Assembly (NCBI GenBank): GCA_964585065.1 | Contig: CAZPCB010000003.1 | Span: 526-64,525, forward strand | Direction of reading: 5' to 3' | Source: an uncultured Candidatus Saccharibacteria bacterium | Lineage (GTDB): Bacteria > Patescibacteriota > Minisyncoccia > SW-4-49-11 | Length of the DNA stretch: 64,000 nt | Shown here: one piece after another, positions 20,347-30,025 of the stretch | How the letters are laid out: every line of letters begins with the position of its first letter | How positions within the stretch are numbered: position 1 is the stretch's first letter | Notes under the pieces: generated by a model | Seen by the model: the letters and a program-made list of their open reading frames with translations, nothing else | What the model was told of the DNA's origin: nothing | Database searches by the model: none | Program-made: the position numbers and the translations under genes

Positions 20347-21957
20347 TTAAGGGACAATTCCATTCCCAATTATTTCTAATAATTTACTATGAAATCTTTC
20401 ATCTTCAATACTATAAGGATGCTGAATATATTGCTGATTTGCAATACAGTATACATCCTGAATTCCTACTCGATTCAAGAAATCAAGTGAATGAGAAATA
20501 ATAATTAAAGCTCCTTTATACGCTAATAATCCTTGTATAATTGCCTCTTGGGTTGAAATATCAAGATTATTTGTAGGTTCATCTAATAATAATATATCTA
20601 CTTGTTGTAAACTAATCATTGCAAAGGCTAATCTTGCAACTTGCCCCCCGGATAAGTTTTCTGCATATTGATTTACTTGATAATCATCCCAAAATAAAAA
20701 TTCTCTTAATTTTTGACGAATTGTCATCATAGAGGCTTTGGGATTATAATCTCGCATATTTTCTAATATCGTTTTATGGGGACAAACAATTGCATATGTT
20801 TGGTCCATATATACAATATTAGTCTTATCTTTAATTTCTAAAATACCAAAAGATAATTGTCTTTTCATAAGCATATGAAAAAATTGACTTTTACCCGTCC
20901 CATTTCCTCCAATCAAAGCAATTCTGTCCCCGCTAGAAACTTGAAATCGAATATCTCGAATAAGTACCGTTTCAGCAACTTGTACAAGACCATCTCGAAT
21001 ATTGAGGATAATTTCTTGATTTTGTATTGTTTGATGAGGAATATAATATCTTACATCTCGCTTTATTTGTGGTTCTAGATCATGAATAATTTCCTTATTA
21101 TCTTCTAATCGGGAATCATACATTAATTTTTTTTGTCCCGCTCTCATCTGAGCCTTACTTTTAAGATATCCTCTATCCATACGAGATACACTTCTATCCT
21201 GTCTACTTCTAATTCCAACCTGTATATTTTGTTCTTGTCTTTTCGCCTCTGATGCCACCGATTTATCTAAACGTTTTTTATCCTTCAAAGCAACTTCATA
21301 ACGACGCAATCTCGCTTCACTTTCTAAACGTTTTTGCTCTCGATAAAATGATACATTTCCTCCAAATTCCCTTATATTGGTATTTTCTAATTCCCATACC
21401 CTGTTCACCACTCTATCTGCAAAAGAAGTGTCATGAGAGGCAATTAATACACTATAGGGATATGCTTGTATAGCCTTTACCAACCATTCTTGGGCCTGTA
21501 TATCTAAATGATTTGTAGGCTCATCTAATAATAGTACTTTTGGTTTAATATAAAAGATAATACCTAAATGTAATTTTACAATTTCTCCTCCACTTAAGGT
21601 ATTAAGTTCTCGGCTAGTATCAATGCTAAAATCAAATGTATGCTCAATGAGATCAATAACTTCCCACCAATCTTCTATAAACTGTGATATATACTCTGAA
21701 ATAGGAATATTAGAGTGAAATATTTCCAAATCTAATTGGGGTAAATACCATACAGAATCTAATTCTTCAACTATACCCTTAGTTGGCTTAATAAGATTTG
21801 CAATAATCTTTAATAAAGTAGTTTTACCCGTTCCATTATCCCCTACCAAAGCAATTTTATCCCCTTGATGAATAGTTACTGAGATATCTTGAAGAACTTG
21901 TTTTAAGCGATGCTTAAAGCCAATTGAATTGGTAGTAATATATAATTTTTTCGACAT
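20347..21957 (-). CDS. ABC-F family ATPase (ribosome-associated, no TM domain)
   Basis: Two NBDs (GDNGTGKT/LSGGE/LLLDEPTNHLD and GGNGTGKS/LSGGQ/LLLDEPTNNLD) joined by a long helical linker. Confidence 0.92.
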   Translation of the reverse strand: MSKKLYITTNSIGFKHRLKQVLQDISVTIHQGDKIALVGDNGTGKTTLLKIIANLIKPTKGIVEELDSVWYLPQLDLEIFHSNIPISEYISQFIEDWWEVIDLIEHTFDFSIDTSRELNTLSGGEIVKLHLGIIFYIKPKVLLLDEPTNHLDIQAQEWLVKAIQAYPYSVLIASHDTSFADRVVNRVWELENTNIREFGGNVSFYREQKRLESEARLRRYEVALKDKKRLDKSVASEAKRQEQNIQVGIRSRQDRSVSRMDRGYLKSKAQMRAGQKKLMYDSRLEDNKEIIHDLEPQIKRDVRYYIPHQTIQNQEIILNIRDGLVQVAETVLIRDIRFQVSSGDRIALIGGNGTGKSQFFHMLMKRQLSFGILEIKDKTNIVYMDQTYAIVCPHKTILENMRDYNPKASMMTIRQKLREFLFWDDYQVNQYAENLSGGQVARLAFAMISLQQVDILLLDEPTNNLDISTQEAIIQGLLAYKGALIIISHSLDFLNRVGIQDVYCIANQQYIQHPYSIEDERFHSKLLEIIGNGIVP

Positions 21958-22005
21958 AATATAGCTTTAAAGCGGCTTAATCATACCATATTACTCATAA
22001 GAATA

Positions 22006-23697
22006 CTACCCTTGAGTAGCCTGTGGTATATTAATACCAAATGATTCTGCTGGGGCATGCGTTAAGGTTTCCTTTGGAAGGGTAAATATGAATATGCTAC
22101 CCCGATCTCTCCCATCTGAGTGAGCCTCTATGTCGCCACCATGTTTCAGCATAATTTGCTTTGCTAAATATAGTCCCAGCCCAGATCCATTGGGATTAAT
22201 AAGAGATGATTTTTTACCTCTCTCAAATTTTCTCCAGATTTTCTTGGTATCTTCTTTGGTAATACCCACCCCATTATCCTGAACTGATATAATGAAAAAT
22301 TCTTTTCCCTTAGCATCAAGAGTAATACTAATTTTTCCTTTCCCATAAAAGACGGCATTATCAATAATATTATTAAGGGCTTCCTTTAATTTCCCTTTAT
22401 CAATAAAGGCTTGCATTCCTGTCCCTTTACTCTTAAATACTACTTTAGTTGATTTACTATTCAATAATTCATGTTTTTCCTCAATAATCGTATCAATTAA
22501 TTCCTTTAAATCGATGGTATCTTTGATATTTATACCAAAACGACCTGCATTAACATCATTAGCGGATAATACATCATTAATAATTTCATTCAAATTTTTT
22601 GCACTGATATAGGCTTTTTGCAAATCATCTAATGCTGCTTGATTTAATGTATATTTGGGATCTTCTTTTCCCGTAATCATTGCTAAATATCCCTGTATAA
22701 CTGTTAATGGAGTTCTGAGTTGATGAGAGGCATTTTTCAAAAAATCATTTTTGGAGTCAAGTGCAATTTCTAATTCTTGTTTTTTATTATCGAGAATAAC
22801 TTGTTTCTGGGCACCTACATAAGCTTCTCTGGTTAAAAATGTATATAAACAGGTAAACATAAATACAACTAACATAGTTGACTGTACTCCCTCCGAAAAA
22901 TTATTATCAATAATAATAAATCGTATAATTAATAATATAATAGTAATAACCAATGTTGTCATGAGTCCTGCAATAGGAAGCTGTATACGAAATAATCGAT
23001 ACCGAATAATAGCAAATAATACTGTTGCTGATAATACTACCGTTGCAATTGGACCATAATAAATAAACTGAGTATTACCAAATATAGATGGAAGTATAAT
23101 ATTTGTGATAGATGCTGCTAATAAACTAAATATTGTCCCCAATAATATAATTTGTATATGTCTTTTTGCTGTATGATTAGTTACCCTATTATAGCGATAT
23201 ACTAATAAACTTATATATAAAATACTATAACTCACAATATAAAGAATAAATATATAATATGCTAATGATTGATATGCAATGGGATTATTAGCATCTAATT
23301 GTAATATTCCAACTTGTGGGATAAGAATTGCTATTGCAACCAAAATATAAGGATAATATAAAAATCGATATTGATGAAATGTACGTTGAGTATTATGAAA
23401 AGCTAATCCAAAAAACACTAATGCCTGTACAACACTAATAATAGTAATATAAATAGCAATATTAGCAATATATATACCCCATATATTTCCTTCAGGATAA
23501 AAATATAAGGTTCGGAGCCCCAACCATAAAGCCCAAGTAAATATACCAAAACAAAGATATGCAAAATATTTAGATGATACATATTTACCATAGGATAATT
23601 TATATGCAAAAAAATAAATGAATATTCCGATAATGAAATTAATCATCCCGCTCAATACCAATAATCCTATTGATAAAAATTGATTTGTATATTCCAT
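22006..23697 (-). CDS. Multi-TM (HisKA_7TM-like) sensor histidine kinase HK1
   Basis: About 9 TM helices; ASHQLRTP; NNIIDNA; DNGVG; GSGLGL. Confidence 0.92.
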   Translation of the reverse strand: MEYTNQFLSIGLLVLSGMINFIIGIFIYFFAYKLSYGKYVSSKYFAYLCFGIFTWALWLGLRTLYFYPEGNIWGIYIANIAIYITIISVVQALVFFGLAFHNTQRTFHQYRFLYYPYILVAIAILIPQVGILQLDANNPIAYQSLAYYIFILYIVSYSILYISLLVYRYNRVTNHTAKRHIQIILLGTIFSLLAASITNIILPSIFGNTQFIYYGPIATVVLSATVLFAIIRYRLFRIQLPIAGLMTTLVITIILLIIRFIIIDNNFSEGVQSTMLVVFMFTCLYTFLTREAYVGAQKQVILDNKKQELEIALDSKNDFLKNASHQLRTPLTVIQGYLAMITGKEDPKYTLNQAALDDLQKAYISAKNLNEIINDVLSANDVNAGRFGINIKDTIDLKELIDTIIEEKHELLNSKSTKVVFKSKGTGMQAFIDKGKLKEALNNIIDNAVFYGKGKISITLDAKGKEFFIISVQDNGVGITKEDTKKIWRKFERGKKSSLINPNGSGLGLYLAKQIMLKHGGDIEAHSDGRDRGSIFIFTLPKETLTHAPAESFGINIPQATQG

Positions 23698-23752
23698 ATA
23701 TTAATTTTGAATCTTTATTTTAGTATACCATAAATCGATTATATATAAGATA

Positions 23753-24073
23753 TTATCGCATCATTTCTTTTTTCACTTTTTCTTTCATTATTTCAATAAT
23801 CGTATTAGTAGAGTCATTATCATTGACTTTATTATATTTAATACTATGACATATCTGACATTCATGAATAATATCTATGGGATACCCTCCTTTAGATATG
23901 ATATCAATTGGCTTCATTAAACCCTGACAATTCTCTTGTCTGTCTCCTGGATAATTATCTACATGAAGAGAATATAAACATTCTGGACAATGATTCGTAT
24001 ACCCATTACCATGTACAGATAATCCGCAATTTTTACAAATAAAATCTTCTACCGTTTTTGTAAAATGTTTCAT
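23753..24073 (-). CDS. RNHCP domain protein
   Basis: FICKNCG..YTNHCPECLYSLHVD..PGDR..C.GLM..HECQIC. Confidence 0.88.
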   Translation of the reverse strand: MKHFTKTVEDFICKNCGLSVHGNGYTNHCPECLYSLHVDNYPGDRQENCQGLMKPIDIISKGGYPIDIIHECQICHSIKYNKVNDNDSTNTIIEIMKEKVKKEMMR

Positions 24074-24088
24074 AAACTCAAATTGAGT

Positions 24089-24637
24089 TTATACTTTTTT
24101 GATTTGTAGTGAATCGAGCTCTACAGGAGTATTTCGTCCAAACATATTTACCAAAACCTTCAATTTTCCTTTTGATTCATCAACTTCAGATACTTTTCCT
24201 TCAAAATCTTTAAATGGTCCATCGGTAATTTTAACCAAATCATCAATATCAATATTAAGAGTATATTTAGGCTCTTCTTTGGTTACTTTCTTTTCAATAA
24301 AATGCATTTCATCAGGTGAAACTGGAATTGGAGTTGTACCAGCTCCAATAAATCCTGTTACATTGGGAGTATTCCGCACAACATACCAAGAATTATCTGT
24401 TACAATCATTTCTACAAATACATATCCAGGAAAAATCCTCTCTTCTACGGTAACTCTTTTCCCATTCTTAATTTTAATTTTCTTTTCCTTTGGAACTACA
24501 ACATCAAAAATATAATCTTCCATAGAAAGAGATTCTATTCTTTTTTTCAAATTCTGGGCCACATTATCTTCTAGTCCTGATACACTATGAATAACATACC
24601 AATTTTTTTCTATACTAATAGGATGTTGCTTTGCCAT
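24089..24637 (-). CDS. nusG: Transcription termination/antitermination factor NusG
   Basis: WYVIH..FPGYVFVEM..VRNTPNVTGF; C-terminal KOW domain. Confidence 0.98.
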   Translation of the reverse strand: MAKQHPISIEKNWYVIHSVSGLEDNVAQNLKKRIESLSMEDYIFDVVVPKEKKIKIKNGKRVTVEERIFPGYVFVEMIVTDNSWYVVRNTPNVTGFIGAGTTPIPVSPDEMHFIEKKVTKEEPKYTLNIDIDDLVKITDGPFKDFEGKVSEVDESKGKLKVLVNMFGRNTPVELDSLQIKKV

Positions 24638-24651
24638 ATCGAAAGTCTAAA

Positions 24652-24852
24652 TTAGAGAATAAATGTTTTGAGAATAAAGTTGAAGAATATATCTAATCCA
24701 CCCAATATAATCATAGATACAATAGAGATCATAGCAACAATACCAGTATATTGAAATGCTTTTTCTCGAGTTGGCCAAGTGACTTTTTTGATCTCAGCTT
24801 GTGACTCTTTAATATATTGTATGGGTCCTATCATAATATTCTTCAATAGCAT
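24652..24852 (-). CDS. secE: Preprotein translocase subunit SecE (start may be 24834)
   Basis: EIKKVTWPT followed by one TM helix; upstream of nusG. Confidence 0.93.
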   Translation of the reverse strand: MLLKNIMIGPIQYIKESQAEIKKVTWPTREKAFQYTGIVAMISIVSMIILGGLDIFFNFILKTFIL

Positions 24853-24889
24853 GTCTAATATTACCTTATATTTGTTATCTTGTCAAAAT

Positions 24890-26317
24890 TTATACAAAAA
24901 ACATCTGTATAGACTCTCTTCCAACCTCACTAATATCAACTACCACAAAATAATGTCCATCAATATTCGTATCAAAATGTTCTTGGCGAATATTCTGAAT
25001 CAGCTCATATGGGTTATTATCTGTTTGTAATAATCCTATGACTCCCCAAGTCAAAGCAGTATGATAAAAGTATTCCTGATTTTCTGTAATTACAAATACA
25101 GGAATTTCTGCTCTAAATTGAGACATATATTCAGCCACCCCTTTACCTTCTTTATCAATAATCACAATTCCATCCACTTCGCTAGCTCTTGCTAAATGCT
25201 GAGCTCCATACGCAAGTTCTCGATAAATATTCTTATCCTCATCACCCGCAATATATTCATCTAAAAAATTATCATATGATGATTCCTCAGTTGCAGTAAT
25301 AATTTTCTGCATCATTAATACTGCCTCTAAAGGATAAGCTCCTCCCGAAGTCTCACCAGATAACATTACAGCATCAGTATGATCAATAACTGCATTAGCC
25401 ACATCCGAAACCTCAGCTCGAGTTGGACGGGGATTACGAATCATAGAATCCAACATTTGGGTCGCAACAATTACATGCTTTCCTTTAAGTAAAGCAAGTT
25501 CAATAATATGTTTTTGAATAATGGGCACTCTTTCAGCCTGAACTTCAATACCCAAATCTCCTCTTGCTACCATAATACCATCAACTTCATCCATAATAGA
25601 GTCAATTTGAGCTACTGCATCAGGTTTTTCAATTTTAGCAATAATAAGAGGACTATTCATCTTATTATTATCTGATTCAATCAGTCTTCTTAACTCTTTA
25701 ATATCCTCAGCTGATCGTACAAAAGACATAGCAATAAAATCAACGCCTTGCTGTAGACCAAAACTTAAATCAGCTTTATCTTTTTCGGTAATAACAGGGA
25801 AATTAACAGAACTACCCGGGAAATTAACTCCTTTTCTTCCTTTAATCTGAGAATTTGTTCTGGCCTCAGCAATAGTATATTGTTTATCAGGCATTGATTC
25901 CAATACCAATAATTCAATAAGTCCATCTTCTATTAATACGGTTTCTCCTGGTTTTAAAATAGGACTTAAATCATGATCAATAGGTAATGTTTTGACTCCT
26001 TCTTCAAAATGGTATACCCCTGTATCATTGGTAATATAAATAGTTTCCCCTACCACAATATCTAATGGATTCTCTAGAGCTCCTACTCTTACTCTTGGAC
26101 CCTGTAAATCTTGGAGTATAGCGACAGGAACAGATAAATCTGTACGCACTTTTTTAATGGTTTGAATCATTTGAGTATATTCCTCATGACTTCCATGAGA
26201 AAAATTCAGCCGAAATACATTAGCTCCTGCTTTAATAAATTCTGTTAAAGATTCTTCCGTAGCTACACGAGGGCTAAGAGTACTGACAATTTTTGTTCTT
26301 TTAACTAGCTTATCCAT
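24890..26317 (-). CDS. pyk: Pyruvate kinase
   Basis: RTKIVST; RLNFSHG; MVARGDLG; ATQMLDSM; DAVMLSGET. Confidence 0.98.
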   Translation of the reverse strand: MDKLVKRTKIVSTLSPRVATEESLTEFIKAGANVFRLNFSHGSHEEYTQMIQTIKKVRTDLSVPVAILQDLQGPRVRVGALENPLDIVVGETIYITNDTGVYHFEEGVKTLPIDHDLSPILKPGETVLIEDGLIELLVLESMPDKQYTIAEARTNSQIKGRKGVNFPGSSVNFPVITEKDKADLSFGLQQGVDFIAMSFVRSAEDIKELRRLIESDNNKMNSPLIIAKIEKPDAVAQIDSIMDEVDGIMVARGDLGIEVQAERVPIIQKHIIELALLKGKHVIVATQMLDSMIRNPRPTRAEVSDVANAVIDHTDAVMLSGETSGGAYPLEAVLMMQKIITATEESSYDNFLDEYIAGDEDKNIYRELAYGAQHLARASEVDGIVIIDKEGKGVAEYMSQFRAEIPVFVITENQEYFYHTALTWGVIGLLQTDNNPYELIQNIRQEHFDTNIDGHYFVVVDISEVGRESIQMFFV

Positions 26318-26329
26318 AAAGTTGTTTTA

Positions 26330-27241
26330 TTATACTGTATCTATGTCCATTCCACGAAGAGCTGCTATACGCTTATTAATGGGCGGATGTGTGGAGAACA
26401 AATCCTTTGCCCCACCACCTTTAAGTGGATTTGAAATATATAAATGAGCTGTGGCTCTATTGGCGACCTCTAGGGGTTCAGTATCCTTACTGATTTTTTC
26501 TAAGGCGGTTGCTAATCCTTCAGGGTAACGAGTAAGTAAAGCTCCACTAGCATCTGCTAAATATTCTCTTTTACGAGATATAGCTAAATGTAATAATTGT
26601 ACAAAAATAGGAGCTAGAATTGCAAGAACTATAGCTATAATACCCAATATTACTCCTAATTGTCCATTATCATTATTATTGCTTCTCCCACCTACGCCCC
26701 GCCAAAAGCTAATGCGTAAAAACCAATCAGCAAGTAGAGCTACCAGTCCCACCAATACTACTGATATAGTCTGAATCAGGGTATCACGATTCCCAATATG
26801 AGATAATTCATGAGCAATTACTCCTTCTAATTCAGATTGCTCTAATCTTGATATAATACCGGTAGTAAGAGCAATAGCAGAATGCTCCGGATTTCTGCCG
26901 GTTGCAAAAGCATTCATAGCAGTGTCTTTGATAATATATAGTTTAGGTGTCGGTAATCCAGCGGTAATAGCTAAATTTTCTAAAAGTCTATATATGCGCT
27001 TTTCTTCTGGGTTTTTAGTATCTATTGGCTGAGCATTGGATATTGAAAGCACTATACTATCAGAATACCAATAGGAAATCACATTCATAAATAAACTCCC
27101 AATCAAAGCCCAGACAAAAATACTTGGACTATCTAATGTATAACTAAATACCCAGGCTATTCCAACAACAACAGCAATAAATACTGTCATTAATACCCAG
27201 GTTTTTCGGATATTCTGATCTTTGTGATCGTATAAGGTCAT
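26330..27241 (-). CDS. htpX: Zinc metalloprotease HtpX (M48)
   Basis: NAFATG; HELSH; SRKREYLAD; STHPP. Confidence 0.96.
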   Translation of the reverse strand: MTLYDHKDQNIRKTWVLMTVFIAVVVGIAWVFSYTLDSPSIFVWALIGSLFMNVISYWYSDSIVLSISNAQPIDTKNPEEKRIYRLLENLAITAGLPTPKLYIIKDTAMNAFATGRNPEHSAIALTTGIISRLEQSELEGVIAHELSHIGNRDTLIQTISVVLVGLVALLADWFLRISFWRGVGGRSNNNDNGQLGVILGIIAIVLAILAPIFVQLLHLAISRKREYLADASGALLTRYPEGLATALEKISKDTEPLEVANRATAHLYISNPLKGGGAKDLFSTHPPINKRIAALRGMDIDTV

Positions 27242-27260
27242 ATAAACTCTTGGTTATTGC

Positions 27261-27815
27261 TTAGAAGGAAACTTTTACTACTTCTTTTTCAGCTTCAGCA
27301 ATTTCAAAATATTCTTTCTTTTCAAATCCAAAAGAAGATGCAATAAAGCTATCTGGAAAACTTTCCACCTTAGTATTAAGAGATAGAACAACACTATTAT
27401 AAAATCTTCGAGATGCTTGGATTTTATTCTCTGTATCACTGAGTTCTCTTTGTAATTCTAAGAAATTCTGATTTGCCTTCAAATCTGGATACGCCTCAGA
27501 TACTGCAAATAGACTTTTTAATGTTCCTGATAAAACATTTTCAGCTTCTGCCTTTTGCTCTAATCCTGTAGCTTGTATAGCTTGTGCTCTGGCTTTGGTC
27601 ACTTCCTCGAATACCCCTGATTCATGAGAAGCATATCCTTTTATGGTTTCTACCAAATTAGGAATAAGATCATATCGACGCTTTAATTGAACATCAATAT
27701 CTGCCCAAGCTTCAGCAACTTTTTGACGTAGAGACACAAAGGTATTATAGAGAGAAACACCATAAATAAGTACAGTAACTACAATTGCGATAAGTATCAA
27801 AATTGGGGTTGTCAT
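27261..27815 (-). CDS. lemA: LemA family protein
   Basis: DVQLKRRYDLIPNLV; EAYPDLKANQNF; upstream of htpX. Confidence 0.96.
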   Translation of the reverse strand: MTTPILILIAIVVTVLIYGVSLYNTFVSLRQKVAEAWADIDVQLKRRYDLIPNLVETIKGYASHESGVFEEVTKARAQAIQATGLEQKAEAENVLSGTLKSLFAVSEAYPDLKANQNFLELQRELSDTENKIQASRRFYNSVVLSLNTKVESFPDSFIASSFGFEKKEYFEIAEAEKEVVKVSF

Positions 27816-27887
27816 ATATGTATATTATTAATAATTCTTTTCCCCATTATTATACACCTTCCCTATAAATAATACAATATCCCCTAT

Positions 27888-29681
27888 TTAACGCTTTAAC
27901 ACTTCTAAATACACCTCTTTTGGAATATGTATTCTAGCAGTATCACGCATACGCTTTTTCCCTTCTTTTTGTTTTTTCAATAATTTATCCTTACGTGTCC
28001 TGTCTCCTCCATATAATTTAGCAATAACATCTTTACGAAAAGCCGATAATGTCTCGCGTGCTACTATAGTGCCTCCAATAGAAGCCTGTAGAGCAACTGA
28101 GTATTGTTGACGGGGAAGTGACTCCTTTAATCTATGCACAATGCGTTTACCCTCATCATGAGCTTCATCCTTATATACGATATGGGATAAGGCTTCTTGA
28201 ACTTCTCCTGCTACCATAATATCTAATTTAACCACTTCAGCCTCTTGAGCCTCGAGAGGGTAATAATTAACTGAAGCATATCCTGAAGTAATACTTTTAA
28301 GCACATCATAAAAATCGACAATAACCTTGGCCAATGGAATTTGATATTCTATAATAGCCCTATCTTCTCCAATATAGCGAGTATTAATAAATTGTCCACG
28401 CCTTTTTTGTAATAAATCCATTACCGCCCCAATATATTCTTTGGGAGTCATAATTTCAAGCCTCACAAAAGGCTCTAATATACGAGATAATTTAGTATTA
28501 TCTGGAAAATCTGAAGCAGAATAAATCGTATAAATATCCCCATTGGTTTGCTCCACAATATAAGCGACAGATGGAGTACTAATAATAAGCTCTAATTCAT
28601 ATTCCCTCTTGAGACGCTCAGTTATAATGTCAAGATGAAGCATACCCAAAAAACCACAACGAAACCCCTTACCTAAAGCCTCTTTTGCTTCAGGTTCGAA
28701 TACAAGAGATGAATCCGATAATTGCAATTTATTCAAAGCATCCCGTAATATGGGGTATTCTTCTGTGCTCTCTACAAAAATACTAGCATATACCACCGGT
28801 ACCGGTTCTAGATATTCAGCTAAAGGGGCTAATTCCTGTCCTTCAGGAAATTTAACAATAGTATCCCCTACTCTTACATTTTCTACATTTTTGAGCCCAG
28901 TTGCAATATAACCAATACTTCCTGCAGATAATATATCTAATTTAGTCATTTGTGGAGTGAATACCCCAATTTCAAGAGCCTGAGCCTCCTGTTTTTTGGC
29001 TAACATCTTGATTGCATCAGCAGTACGTATTTCACCATCTACTACTCGAATATGGGCAATTACTCCTTTATAAGAATCAAAAGCTGAATCAAAAATCAAA
29101 GCTCTAAAATCATTCAAATTTGTAGAATTGGTCTCAGGAGAGGGAACTTCAGAAATAACTCTATCTAATAATTCAGGAACACCCTGTCCTGTTTTACCTG
29201 ATATTTCTAGAATATCAGATTCCTCTACTCCTAATAATTCACATATTTCTTGCTTCACTTCAGCTACTCGAGCATGTGGTAAATCTACTTTATTCACAGC
29301 AGGAATAATTACTAAATCTTGATCAATCGCTAAATATACATTTGCAATAGTTTGGGCCTGTATACCCTGAGTTGCATCAACTAATAAAATTGCTCCTTCC
29401 ACAGCAGCAAGACTACGAGAAACCTCATAAGAGAAATCTACATGCCCTGGAGTGTCTATCAGATTCAAAATATATTCTTTTCCCTGATGAGTATATTTAA
29501 CACGGACTGGTTGCATTTTGATAGTAATACCACGCTCTCGCTCCAATTCCATAGAATCTAATAACTGAGCCTTCATATTACGCTTTTCAACTGTATGGGT
29601 TAATTCTAAAATACGATCAGACAAAGTTGATTTCCCATGATCGATATGAGCGATAATACTAAAATTACGAATATATTGCAT
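27888..29681 (-). CDS. lepA: Elongation factor 4
   Basis: IRNFSIIAHIDHGKSTL; GFRCGFLGMLH; KQKEGKKRM. Confidence 0.98.
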   Translation of the reverse strand: MQYIRNFSIIAHIDHGKSTLSDRILELTHTVEKRNMKAQLLDSMELERERGITIKMQPVRVKYTHQGKEYILNLIDTPGHVDFSYEVSRSLAAVEGAILLVDATQGIQAQTIANVYLAIDQDLVIIPAVNKVDLPHARVAEVKQEICELLGVEESDILEISGKTGQGVPELLDRVISEVPSPETNSTNLNDFRALIFDSAFDSYKGVIAHIRVVDGEIRTADAIKMLAKKQEAQALEIGVFTPQMTKLDILSAGSIGYIATGLKNVENVRVGDTIVKFPEGQELAPLAEYLEPVPVVYASIFVESTEEYPILRDALNKLQLSDSSLVFEPEAKEALGKGFRCGFLGMLHLDIITERLKREYELELIISTPSVAYIVEQTNGDIYTIYSASDFPDNTKLSRILEPFVRLEIMTPKEYIGAVMDLLQKRRGQFINTRYIGEDRAIIEYQIPLAKVIVDFYDVLKSITSGYASVNYYPLEAQEAEVVKLDIMVAGEVQEALSHIVYKDEAHDEGKRIVHRLKESLPRQQYSVALQASIGGTIVARETLSAFRKDVIAKLYGGDRTRKDKLLKKQKEGKKRMRDTARIHIPKEVYLEVLKR

Positions 29682-29690
29682 ATAGCCTTT

Positions 29691-29719
29691 ATTATAGCTA
29701 ATTTTACTATGTTTTACAA
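29691..29719 (-). promoter_or_regulatory. lepA promoter, near-leaderless
   Basis: TTGTAA-17 nt-TATAAT, with only 9 nt between the -10 box and the ATG. Confidence 0.6.
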
Positions 29720-29756
29720 GTAATTAAAAACCGAGTCACCATATTACGACGCTCGG

Positions 29757-29954
29757 TTATTGATGATTACTCCACCTTTTATCGAATATGACATGTAGGG
29801 CTAGAAGTAAGCCGAATAAGCCATTTAAGACAATAGCCAATGGAGCAAAGAAAAGTGGGTTAAAGAATAGTCCTACCGCAGATCCGATGGAAAGTAGGGC
29901 AAAAAGACTATAGGTCAATCTAATTCTTTGCTTTTTATGAATAGAAGAAGTCAT
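29757..29954 (-). CDS. Small two-TM hypothetical protein (65 aa)
   Basis: Basic N-terminus and two hydrophobic helices; own TTGACA-type promoter upstream and a CCGAG..CTCGG hairpin with U-tract downstream. Confidence 0.6.
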   Translation of the reverse strand: MTSSIHKKQRIRLTYSLFALLSIGSAVGLFFNPLFFAPLAIVLNGLFGLLLALHVIFDKRWSNHQ

Positions 29955-30025
29955 AATTAAAGAACAAAAAGTATACTTGTTATAGTATACTTTTGTCTTT
30001 TTGTCAAGAAATTAGCAAAAAGACT

